A stretch of 64,000 bases of DNA, from positions 62,001 to 126,000 of the forward strand of contig CAJFCJ010000044.1 of NCBI GenBank assembly GCA_904063045.1. Reading direction: 5' to 3'. Below, piece by piece: positions 1 through 11,400 of this stretch. Within the stretch, counting starts at the first letter, position 1. Each line of letters opens with the position of its first letter. Source of the DNA: Dimorphilus gyrociliatus. Its lineage: Eukaryota; Animalia; Annelida. Below the pieces are notes generated by a model. That model ran no database searches. It was not told the origin of the DNA and saw nothing but the letters and a program-made list of their open reading frames with translations. Both the position numbers and the translations under genes were made by a program.

Positions 1-99
1 TTCATCACATTTATATTAATATTTTTGAATAAGAAATATTGAAATAATGTGCAAAACATCTTTTTAATTGTTATTATTTTTTTCTGCCAATAATTTTGG

Positions 100-145
100 T
101 TCAAATTTGATTAAAATCGGTCAAGTAGTTGCTGAGATATGCATT
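100..145 (+). repeat. ~46-bp motif of a non-autonomous repeat, directly repeated at 5625-5670
   Basis: ttcaaatttgattaaaatcggtcaagtagttgctgagatatgcatt vs ttcaaatttcttcaaaatcggcccagtagttgctgagatatgcatt (5625-5670). It resembles motifs of Helentron/DINE-like non-autonomous elements (family assignment is inference). Confidence 0.65.
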
Positions 146-254
146 ATAAGAAACATTATATATAAACTCGGTTAAAAGTCTATATAAACAATAATAGGGA
201 CCGGTCGAAAACGGCCATAAATGAAATATTTGAAAGTTAGATTTCAGCCTGGGA

Positions 255-372
255 AATGGTTAGGAGGAATAAGATAACTGTTGATATGTTCTTAGGAGGG
301 TCCCATCTAAGGGTTAGGGGTATTCAAAAAGGTTAGGCAAAAACAAGGGCTGGGTTAGGGTTAGGGTAAAAC
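255..372 (+). repeat. TTAGG(G)-rich dispersed repeat segment
   Basis: ggttaggagg...cccatctaagggttaggggtatt...gggctgggttagggttagggtaaaa. Related segments occur at ~31265-31315, ~43540-43565 (rc), ~46115-46146, ~47840-47905, ~54745-54782 and ~56328-56400 (rc). Confidence 0.65.
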
Positions 373-689
373 CATACATTTATGGCTGTTTTCTACCACA
401 TCCACAATAATATTCAATATCCAAAAAAACTAAATTTGTTAATATTAAAGTTAGAGCTCTGAAATTTTGTACAGATACTAATATTGATACACCGATTACA
501 AATCTTTTTACAGAATTCAATTATCTTTTATAGTTTGGGAGCTACATTGCGTTAAAGTTTATAATACAAGACTTTTAAAAAAAAAAAAATTGTCTGTTGC
601 TTTTTAATTATTTTATTCAATTACTTTACTTTAAATCCCATTAATTTCTGCCAAAAGACATAAGTTACTTTTGAACAGTACATTGTCAG

Positions 690-3324
690 AGGGATTGGGA
701 GAAAACGGCCTTGGGAGAAAATGACCTACTTTTGGGAGATAAATATATTAACCTGTGATTATTACAAACATTACATATCTTCTACATTTACCAGTTTTCT
801 CTGATATTACATAATATGAGCAGCCATGACACAGGAAGTTATTAGTATTTCCTGTTTATTTAATTAAGGAGGATAATAGAAAAATTGAAAGATTATCTTT
901 GTGTCATTTTATTGAAGGTAATGTTTCTTTATGTGAATCATTAATAATTGGTATTAAAGGTCATTAAAGTTTTTCTTTCTTTATCAAAATTTCAAAAATA
1001 TTTCTTTCCATAACTTTTACTTCAACTTTCTAATCTTTAATACTTATTATTAGAAGATAACCAACATGCCATTGATTTGTTCAAACTGTGAAGGAAGATT
1101 TTTTGGAAGACAAAAAAGATTAAAATGTACAAATTGTAAAAATTTTCTCCATCAGAAATGTTTAAAAGGTAAACTTTCATTCATTCATGTTACATTTTCA
1201 AGTGAATATTTTTTTTCCTATTTTTAGGTGCTGATAATATATGTAAAGCTTGTAAAACTTCTGAACAAAAAACATCAATTGTTGAGAAATGTCAATGTTG
1301 CAATAAAATACTTTTGGGTAATCATTTGACTTTTTTTTATCTTTTTGTGATAATTATTTTTCAGATATCAAAGAGGGAAAATGTACAAATTGTGCAATCA
1401 TCTCTCAGAGAAAATGCTTTGTTCAGCTAAAGAGAATTCCTCAAATTTCCAAAAATACAATTTTTGACAGAGCAGCATCTGACATTGAAAGAGAAAATAT
1501 CAGTGAAATCATTGACATTGATATTGAAAGTGAAGAAATAGACACTGATAATAACAATGCAAATTCTAGTCATATTGAAGACTGCAGAAGTCATGCAAAT
1601 AATATTGAAGAGGATTCTTTTGAAATAAATGACAGCATCATTCCAACAGAATCAGAGAAGACATTTGAACTTATTATTGGAGGCAGTCAAAAAGGAAATG
1701 ATATTTTACTTCATGATGGCTTTGCTTTCAATAAAAAGGTGAAGAGTGTTAGTATAATAGTGTGGAGATGTTCAGTTAGAAATAAGAAAGTTCAGTGTCC
1801 AGTAATAATTAAACAGAAAGGAAATATTTTCATTTCTGATGAAAAGCCTCATGTTCATGAAAAAAGAAAAAGTTTAGTCTCAAATATTAAAGCTAAGAAA
1901 AGTTTGAGAGATATCTGTGAAACTGATAACAAGTCATCAGGGAGAGTTATTGCAGAGATTGTTCTGCTAAAACATGTTGAAGAAGCAAATAGTTTGCCAA
2001 ACATAGAAAACATTAGAAGAATGGCAAATTTCAACAGACAAAAGAAAAGACTTATAATTTTTGCTTCTAATCATCAACTAGCACTTTTAGGCAAAAGCAA
2101 GATATGTTGCATGGATGGAACATTTAAAATTGTTAAACCACCATTCATCCAACTTTTTTCTTTGCATTCATTTTTAAAATATGAAGGAGAAATGAAACAA
2201 GTGCCTTTAGCATTTGTATTAATGACATCAAAGAAAGAGAAAGCATATAAGATTGTATTTAAGGTACACCTTTTTTAAATAAAAAACTTCATAAAACTTT
2301 AAAATATTTTTCAACAGGAAATTCAAAGTCTAATGAATGGATGGACACCAAAGAAATTTGTTGTTGATTTTGAAATGGGATTGTGGACAGCTCTAGATGC
2401 TATATTCCCTCAAGTTTTCATTCAAGGGTGTGTTTTTCATTGGACACAAGCAGTTTTTCATCAAATTAAAGTAGTATTAGTAGAATTGTTAAAAAAGATA
2501 TTTTCTGTACAAATTTCTGATTTAGATGCTTGGGTATTCTTTGGACTATAATGACAATATGCCAAATAGGAAACTACTAACACATTTATTGGCCTTACCC
2601 TTTCTTCCTTTTGATGTTATTCCTCATACATTCTCGATGTTGAGAAATGAAGCAATAGAGAAAAATGTGTATTTGGATTTATATAATTGGAAAAAAATAA
2701 ATAAGAAATAAATGAAAAAAATTGGATAATAAGCTCAACTTGGAAACCAGAAAATTGGTCTACTTTTGGTTTGGCTATTTGTACAAATAATGATGTGGAG
2801 GGATGGCATAGAAGAATGGATGAAAAGACAGCTTCTAAGGGCTCTTTTTATAAATTAATAGATACCCTGAAACAGCTCTAGTTCCAGTTGTACAAAAGTT
2901 GATGTCTGAGAGGAAAATGAAAAAGTATCAAAAGAAGAGCTTCTTAATAGTTCAGAACAAAATATTCAATATCTGGAAGGAATATAAACTAGGAGAGATA
3001 ACAGCATTACAGCTTTTGGAAAAATCTGCAACCACTTATACTCATTAGTAACTTTTCTATTTTTAGTTGTTTTATCTTATGTTATGTACAAAGATGAAGG
3101 TAGAATATTTTTTAGACATTCAGTAAACTTCTTTTTATGCAACATTATTTAAAGAAAATACATACTTGGATTGAAAATTAGGCTTACATTTTATATTTAC
3201 TTAAAAAGAGTACCTAGGCCATTTTCTCCCAAACTTGGGCCGTTTTCTCCTAAGGTCGTTTTCTCCCAAGCCTGGGCCGTTTTCTCCCAGGCCGTTTTCT
3301 CCTAAGGTTGTTTTCTCCCATACT
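690..3324 (+). mobile_element. Mutator-like (Phantom-type) DNA transposon, non-autonomous copy with 9-bp TSD
   Basis: Termini are built of gggagaaaacggcc subrepeats (690-740) and their inverse gccgttttctccc (~3220-3324). A perfect 9-bp target-site duplication cattgtcag lies at 681-689 and 3325-3333. Internal FLYWCH-MULE transposase. Confidence 0.93.
1066..3048 (+). pseudogene. PHD-finger + FLYWCH + MULE transposase, spliced and disrupted
   Basis: Exons 1066-1168, 1228-1317 and 1365 onward give MPLICSNC...CTNC..HQKC..CKAC, then FLYWCH (DGFAFNKK..WRCSVRNK..CP) and MULE motifs MDGTF, DFE, GCVFHWTQA, TNNDVEGWH. It has stops/frameshifts near 2711 and an in-frame deletion near 2045 relative to the copy at 32.6 kb. 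Confidence 0.88.
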
Positions 3325-4099
3325 CATTGTCAGCCTATAATCATATTTTCGTCACAAAATTTTAACTTTGTTATTAATTAAGTTACAGCTTTGAAATTTG
3401 GTACATAGACTAATAATATTATGCCGATTTCAAATCCGTTTACAGAACTCAATTATCTTTTACAGTTCAAAAGATATGGCACCGTTAATTTCTTTGTACT
3501 TATTCTTTATATGAGCCTATATGAAATATTCGTCAGGGTTAAACTAACTCTGTTATTAATAATCATAAAGCTTTCAAAGTTTGCACATAGACTAATATTA
3601 ATGCTCCGATCCTAAATCCTTTTACAGAATTCCATTAACTTGTATGGTTCAAAAGTTATGGCGCCGTTAAATTCTGTTGCTATTTCTTCACCATAGGTCT
3701 ACATAAAATGTTCGTTAAAAGTTAGTTAATATGTACAATAGAGCTTTGAAATTCAGTTCATAAAGTAATATTGGTATGCCGATTTCAAATCCGTTTACAG
3801 AATTCAATTATCTCTTTTGGTTCAAAAGTTATGCCAACTTTTACAGTTTGCCATTATAAATATTTTTATTGTTATGATGTAGTTGTATTAAAAAGCTAAT
3901 TGTTAAAAATCTCTGTTTGTATATGTATTTTTTTGGTGAATTTTATTTCCTATATTGGAGTTTCAGTGTCTTTTCTAATAATTACATGATTCTTTTTTAA
4001 ATCCTACAGTGTAAAATGGATAATACATTCACAGATGTGAGTTTAAAATTTATCTTAATCTTTTGAATAAGTTTTAAAACATTTTCCTTACTTTACAGA

Positions 4100-5429
4100 T
4101 TTCTATAGGTGGGTCAACCCCACTGAGAGAGAAGTGTATGAAAAACTTGTCATTCAATATTCAAGAGCCAACTTAATTCATCAACTCAAATATATTTTCA
4201 AGGTGCTTAAAAACAGTATTAGCAATGACTATTGTAAAACTTTTAGACCAAGATTGTACAAATAATTTCTAAACGTGCAATTAGTTGGAGATGAAAAAGT
4301 AACTGATGATAAGGAGATGTTTGATGAATTTGAAGAAATGGTACAAAATTTTGAACAAAAGTTTAAAAATTCCATTAAAAAGAGGTATAAAAAAAGAATT
4401 GACTTAAAAGATTACTTCTTTCTTGAGCCTCTATTAAAATCATGTGAAAGTTGGTGTGAAGTAAATAAAATACTAATGTTTTTAAAAGGAAAAATTTTTG
4501 GAAATGAATCCTGTATAGAAGTTGAGTACTTATTCAGAAATATACAAGAAATATATCATAAACAACCAGAAGAACCACAGCAAGAATTAGAACAACCAGA
4601 GGAAGTTCAAGAAGAAGAAGAAGAAGAAAGAGAACAACTTGATGAACAACATGAAAAAGAATCAGAACAACCAGAGGAACAACAGCAACAGCAAGAATCA
4701 GAACAAGAGGAAGAACCAGAAGAACAATTAGAACCAGAAGAGGAAGAAGAGCAAGAAGTCTTATATTTTGAAAATCAACAAGATGAGCTAGGGGAAGAAA
4801 TGGAGGTTGAGGAAGATGATATTGATCAAGCTGAATCAGAAAAAATTAACACTAGCAATGAAATTTATGTTAAGCTTAAAGATCACAATGAAGAGTTATT
4901 CTTTCTGAGAAATTGCTGCTATCTGACTAAAATAAATTACAGAATGATAAATGAAGAAAACCAAAAAGAAGAGAAAAATTTTTTAAAATATCTCATTCCA
5001 ACAATAAGGCAGAATTGTCAAATTATTTTTATCACAAACTACTTTTTCAATCTAACTAAGACAGAATTTAATAATATTCTGAAAAATCTTGACATAGAAA
5101 ATGTTCAATTTGTTGTAATTAGAAAAATATGCTTCAAAAGAATTGAAAATGTTTTATGTGATTGGGGGATTAAAAACAAAGTAATAGTATTCCTTTGTAA
5201 AAAATAACCCAAAAATGGTGGATTAATTCCATGTAATTTTCTTAAGAAAATTGAAAACAATTCCAATAAAGTTTTCTTACCAAAGAACTTTCTACCACCA
5301 AGAGTTGAAAGTACATTTAGGATTGCAAAAATTCAGTTTATAGACTTCATATTCAAAGATTATAAAAAAGAACAAACTTGTCTATTGAAACTTATGAAAC
5401 AATTTTTGAAACAATTATATAGACAATAA
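4100..5429 (+). pseudogene. Orphan ORF with Glu/Gln-rich central tract, interrupted by in-frame stops
   Basis: Track ORF 4275-5207 continues in frame past TAA 5205-5207 (PKNGGLIPC...LYRQ*, ending 5429) and upstream past a TAA near 4262 (FYRWVNPTEREVYEKLV...). No recognisable domain. Confidence 0.55.
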
Positions 5430-5679
5430 CTCTATCATTTTTTTCCATTTAATATGTTTTTAATTCTAGATTATAGAGATTTATTTGTTTTTCATTTTTA
5501 TATACCTTTTTCTTTTTAAATAAAACAACTTTTTAAAACAAATATTAATACTTTTCTTTCAATTAACTTTTACAATTTCAATTCATTGTAATTTAATATG
5601 GTCTCATTTTGTCATTAATTTTACTTCAAATTTCTTCAAAATCGGCCCAGTAGTTGCTGAGATATGCATTCTTTTGAAC

Positions 5680-6060
5680 ATTTGTACTTTAACACTATTA
5701 CAGGCTAATATAAATAAAAAAATATTCGTCATAAAAAAATACTAACTTTCTTATTATTTAAGCTACAGATTTGAAATTTGGCACATAGACTAAGTTTGGT
5801 ATGCCGATTCCAAATCTTTTTACAGAATTCAATTATCTTTTATTGTTCCAGAGTTATGGAGTCGTCAACTTTTCTTGCTACATAGTATATATAAGCCTAT
5901 GTGCAATATTTGTTAGGGCTAAACTATCTTTCTTAATATTCAGAATAGAGCTCTGAAATGATTTGGCTATAGTAATTTGGGTATGCCGATTTCAAATCTG
6001 CAAACAAAATTCAATTATCTTTTACAGTTCCAGAGTTATGGCACTGTCAACATTCGTTGC
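5680..6060 (+). repeat. Further copies of the ~180-bp unit array
   Basis: Same gaaatttggcacatagac...atgccgattc(c/t)aaatc...cagaattcaattatctttt core at ~5765 and ~5950. Confidence 0.75.
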
Positions 6061-6467
6061 TATTGTATCATTCTGATGGATTTGCAGACTTCCCACAGAA
6101 CTTTTATCAATGTTTATCCTTATCTCTTTTGACAAGTTTGTAGAAAGTTCTCATAAACAAGTTAGTTAGGTTACTAGTTTTTTTCAAATTTGATTTTCCC
6201 ACATGTGTTGGTATGATCTTATCTTAGCTATAACTGATTAATTTGTAGTGTGTTCCCACATAGTTTTCCATATGTCTTATATATATTTTAAAGATATTTT
6301 GACACAATTCATTTGTGGTTTGAAGATTAAGGAGTCAACACCACATTCAAAGCAGCCAGTTAAAGTTACAACTTCTATAACTACTTTCCAAACATGCATT
6401 CTTCAATAATCAATTAGTATGTATATATTTTGTATTCATTACAAGTAGTACTTTAAATATGATATAT

Positions 6468-6763
6468 AATGATTTAAACCTGAAGAAGAAAATTCTCTAT
6501 TGGAAATCTTCAACCTCTCTGTAGGTATAGTTAGTAGACCCTGATGAGTCCTTGGTATTCAATATAGAGAGGAGGACGAAACTGTGGTAGGTCTTGTAGG
6601 TAGGAAAAATATTTTGAAAAAATCTTTTCTTTTGGAAATTGTTTTAAACGTCAATTTTTGTGTATTTTTTCTTTGACTGCTTCCCAAATTCCATTGGGAC
6701 TCTTGAAATGTGAGAATTCTGTTTCTCTTTTTTGATTTAATCAAAAAAAACCTTTGCAAACCC
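6468..6763 (+). mobile_element. ~300-nt hammerhead-ribozyme-containing non-autonomous repeat, copy 1 (retrozyme/Penelope-terminal-repeat-like)
   Basis: Alignable by eye with 34784-35089 (whole length) and 23255-23453 (3' part). It contains the HHR core and has no credible ORF. Confidence 0.75.
6536..6594 (+). ncRNA. Minimal type I hammerhead ribozyme
   Basis: Stem I agacc 6536-40/ggtct 6590-94; core CUGAUGA 6541-47; stem II gtcct 6548-52/aggac 6573-77; GAAAC 6578-82; loop tgtg; cleavage triplet GUA 6587-89. Confidence 0.85.
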
Positions 6764-7496
6764 CAACAACTAAAGAGAATGTGGGGTGAGAGGAACTAAT
6801 ACATAAGATTTAATCAATGACTAAAAAACAGAACTTTTTCCATAAGATTGACTTTTTTCATTTTAAAATTAAAATTTTTGACAATAGCTTTCAAAATTTT
6901 TTCATTTATTTTTAAAAGGATAAAGAGTCTTGAATATGTGACTGTGATGTAATTAACATTTTGATAGTTTGTTGTGTTGATAATGTCTTGCTGTTAAAAC
7001 CAAATGATGAAATTTTATGGTGTCAGTATACACTTATGGTGATTTAAGATTTCTGATGGAAGAGTTTGCATATTTTTGTATATTTTTGTATATTTTTGAT
7101 AGCTTTTGGTAGATTTTGGGGTTTTTTTTGTAAGAGACTAACAATTAGTAAGTTATAAAGCATTATGATTAAACTGTAAATATTCAACTCCCACCAATAT
7201 ATATGGACTGCCCAAAAACAGATCAAGTATTGAACATTCTATTTATCTAAATTTCTCCATGCACATTTGTCTAGCAGCACCAAGATACATATAGTATTTA
7301 ACACACACCAACTAGGCTAGAATTATTTTCCAATCCATTCATTAGCCAAAACCAACCTTACATCCTGGACTAACTAAATGAATGTTGGAAATGATTTTGT
7401 TTATACAATATAGTATAAACTCATCTCATACAATAACAGGAGTACACTCCTCCTAATAACAAACACCAAGCAAACACCACAACAAACAAAAAATTT

Positions 7497-7603
7497 AACA
7501 ATGACAATATACAAGATTCTCTATTTTGGTTATATTTTACACCTTTCCAGTTGTAATATTGTTATTTCAGAGGAATGCGACATTACTGTTGATAAACGAA
7601 TCC
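7497..7603 (+). repeat. 107-bp near-identical duplicate of the 5' coding end of the PAN/apple ORF (43765-43871)
   Basis: aacaatgacaatatacaag...gataaacgaatcc is identical to 43765-43871 except tcag/tcgg. It opens a 56-codon chimeric ORF 7501-7671. Confidence 0.9.
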
Positions 7604-8453
7604 TTATGTATCATACCACAGTTATCATTATTGGAATCAAAAAGAAAAGATGGTTGGTTAGGATAAAGTAAAAATGCCAAAAGAGAAAAAAATAAATCTT
7701 AAAACTAATTCTCTTTGGACTATGTATAACTTTTATAAAATTTTTCTATTTTTTCATACATTTTTTAACTTTTTATTCAAAATTCAAGAAAGTCATTTAA
7801 ATATTTGCCATATAAAAAGATATCATTAGATTTTAATTCCAATGAGTCAAAGGTTAAATCTTGATAATTTAAATAATATAGATATCTCTTATTATCTTCC
7901 TGTAGAGAAAGAGAAGCATATTTAATATATTTATTTCCATTTGAAATAATAAAAAAAAGAATTGAAGATTAACCCTGAAATAGACATTTAAAGAATGAAA
8001 ATTGGGTTTATAGGCTAACTTTCTTGATTGGAAAAAAAAAATAATTTGTATTAATTGTTTTGACAATGAAAATATTTTGAAATATTTCTTCTGTTTGTAT
8101 ATTAAATATTCTTTTTTCATTTCTTTAAAATCGCAATCAAAATATAAATAGATGTTACTCGACCACCAATTCAATAATATAGTATAAACTAGGGAAAAAT
8201 GAAAGAAATAAGATATTTTACATTGAATTTTTCCCAAGATGAATGTTTGACAAAATATCCTCAAATTTTGGGATGAAATTATATAATCATCAATTCATCT
8301 TTTTCAATAAATGGGAGGACATTTTGTCCAGACATCCATAAAGAATATATCTAACAATTTGAATAAACATTGTCCCATCTTTTATTGATTAATTTTTTCC
8401 TATAAAAACATAAAAAAACAAAATTAAAATTTTGGCTTTTTATTCATTTAATC

Positions 8454-11400
8454 TTACAGATTACTTTCATCAATAACTTTTAAATTCCTTTTATAAATTT
8501 TCACTGAATTGATACATTGCTGAACTGCTGTGATTATTGACATAATTACATGAAATAAGATTACCATTAGAGTATAATATAAATCATCAAATTTGTAGCT
8601 GTTGCTCAAATTCAAAATGGTAGCTTAAAAAAGAGCAAAAACAATCATAAAGTAAGATAAATAGGAAGAAAAAAAAGAAGATAAAAACAAACTTGTTATT
8701 GATATAAAAATTGAAAATCTAATTTTTAAAATAATTTGAAAAAATGATTTGAAAATATTGAATTTTTGAAATTTTGTAGAAAGTATATTTTTTATAGATA
8801 GGAAAATAGTTAAGTAAAATATTATTGATATTAGACAGTTGATTGTAGTAAATGAATATAAATGTTGTGTATTGTCTCCAAAACAATAAGTTATGAATAA
8901 ACATAATACTGTTTTAGAATAATACTCCTGAAAAGAATTCCAAACTATTAGGTCTGTTAGCATTATTCTAATAATCCTACCTCAAATGTTAAAAATGGCA
9001 CAAGTGAAATTGCCATTGAAACCATAAAAGAAAGGATTGATATTAAAAAAAATGATTTTTTAAATTTAAAATATTTTTCAAAAATTGCAGAATGATAAAG
9101 AAAAATATATTTATAAACTGCAAATATTAAAATCATAAAATTTGAAAATATTAATGATGTATTGGCCAGAAAGCCAAAAGTTTGGCATTGATAGCCTGTT
9201 CTCCATTCATAATCACTATCCATATAATATCCATAGTATTTTAAATTGGCATTTCCAATTATTATCAAATAACAACACAAAATTATATTGGAAAATTGAA
9301 ATGTTTGATAAAAGATTTGTGAATAATTTGCATTGATAAAATGGGAACAAAATGCAAAAAAGTTTGTAATTAATCCAACACAAGCTACAAACCAGATTGC
9401 AAGACGTAGGAAGTGACCATTCAACAACCTTGAACAACTGTAAATTACTGTTGAATTTAGTGTACACTCTGTCATGTTGAATTTTAATTTTTCTACAACA
9501 CAGCACAAGTACAGTCTATCAGAATGTAATACTTTTAATGAAGTTAAATTAATTAAAAAGTCATGTGATAAATAAGCTGGAAGTTGAGTGTGGTTTAAAT
9601 ATAAATAAGCTAATTTTGATAATTTTGCTAAAGATTTCAAGTGAAATTGTTGAATTTGAGAATCAATAATTTTCAAAGTAATAAGATTGGTTAGAAAAGA
9701 AAAATGAATGTTATTAATACTCAATAATTCAGTTTTTGATATTTCTAAATATAATAAACTTTTTGAATATTTAAAAAATTGAATAGGAAAATTGATTAAT
9801 TGATTTTCACTTAAATCTAAATATTGTAAAATTTGATAAGACCACAGAGAACTTTTTGATAATTTTATGATCTTATTCTTCTTTAATATTAATGTTACTA
9901 AATTACTAGTTTTCCAATTGGGAATTTCATTCATTTCTCCATTTGTTAATGAAAGATAATTTAAAAAATCTTTCACTTTTAATTCAATATCAACATTTTT
10001 TAACATTAGATTTACAGATAGAGTTTTTATTGGATATTGAAATTTTAAAAATACTACTGAAGTAGTAGCTTTTTCCAATTTACAATCAATTTGTATGAAA
10101 TTATAACAATTACAAAATTTTGAACAATTATAATAGATATCATCCATGCAAAATTTTTCATCATCTCCAAATTTACAATCAACAATTCCATCACAAACTT
10201 GATCAAATAGCAAGAATACTGTCTCATTTTGGCAAATAAATGTTGACTGTGGCCTAAAACTATTGCAATTTTGCTCATCATCACCATAGTGACAGTGAAT
10301 GATATTGTCACAAACATTTTTAATTGATATACAATAATTTTTATCATAGCACTGATATTCACCAATTGAACACGTGGCATTATAACAATGATCAATTTCA
10401 TAGTATGGAAAATTTGCAGCAGTTAGAATTTGATTAAATGAATTATATTTTAATTTGCAGTATGTTTGACTGTTTGTTTTTGAAATATTTAAAGTTTCTA
10501 AAACTTCATTAAAAGCAAATTGTTTGTTGTAATTGAAGGTAAAATCTTCCTTTCTAAGTTTAAAAAAAAAGTAAGATTTATAATTTGACCTTGAAAAAAA
10601 GCTAAAGGTTATGTTAATGTTTATTTTTTATTCTTTTAAAATTATTTAAAGCATAATTTACTTTTTAGATTCTGAAGTCATTTTTTTCAATCTGTATAAA
10701 GAAATTATGACTAAGGCAATAACATTAAATGAATTTTACATACAATCCAGATGTCAAACAATTTTTCAGATAAACCATAGTTTTATACCTAACATGACAA
10801 TCACTTCTGAAAAAGCATTTATCATTTTCCTCTAAACAGTTTTTCTCACAAAAATGAGTTTTGCATTTATCTGAAAATATATTTGAATAGTAATTTTGCA
10901 CTTGAAAATTGAAATGAAAAAACACCTCTACAAATTTCTCCTTCATCACTTCCATCAATGCAGTTTTTTTCATTATTGCATACTTTATCTTTTGAGATAC
11001 ATTCACCATTTTTACATTGAAAACTTCAAAAATAATATTTATTTGCTTTGTGGTGTTTTATCCTAAAACTGACCTTGTTATTGGACATTCAAAATCTGTA
11101 ATTTATTTAAAAAGATAGAATTGTCTATGTTTGAAAGAATTTATTTACAGCAATAGATTTCATCACTTCCATCTTGACAATTATTGACATAATTGCAAAG
11201 AAAATTTAAAGACAACTGCTTTCCATTTAAACAAATATATTTATTGTTTATTGTTGACAAACAGTTCACTTCATCTGATTTATCAAAACAATCATATAAT
11301 CCATCACAAACATTGACAATGCTTATGCAATGCATGGAATTTTTACACTGAAATAATCCTTTTGGGCAGTTTTCTATTGGTTTGATTAACAATTTTGAAT

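Larger units (their letters stand above)
440..3835 (+). repeat. Degenerate ~180-bp tandem-unit array (440-689 and 3325-3835) split by the MULE insertion
   Basis: Unit core ...gctttgaaatttggtacatagactaata...atgccgatttcaaatccgtttacagaattcaattatctttt... recurs near 455, 3385, 3570 and 3745, and again near 5765 and 5950. Sequence either side of the MULE joins into a unit matching 5680-5780. Confidence 0.75.

Noticed and set aside
3325-3835. CRISPR-like appearance of repeat arrays and MULE subterminal repeats
   Set aside because: Eukaryotic context, degenerate long units, no unique spacers and no cas genes.
6480-6520. Second hammerhead core (ctgaaga) upstream of copy 1
   Set aside because: No stem II or correctly placed GAAA follows; at most a relic.
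6559-6759. Minus-strand ORFs 6559-6759 and 34881-35135 as proteins
   Set aside because: They are translations of the non-coding hammerhead repeat.
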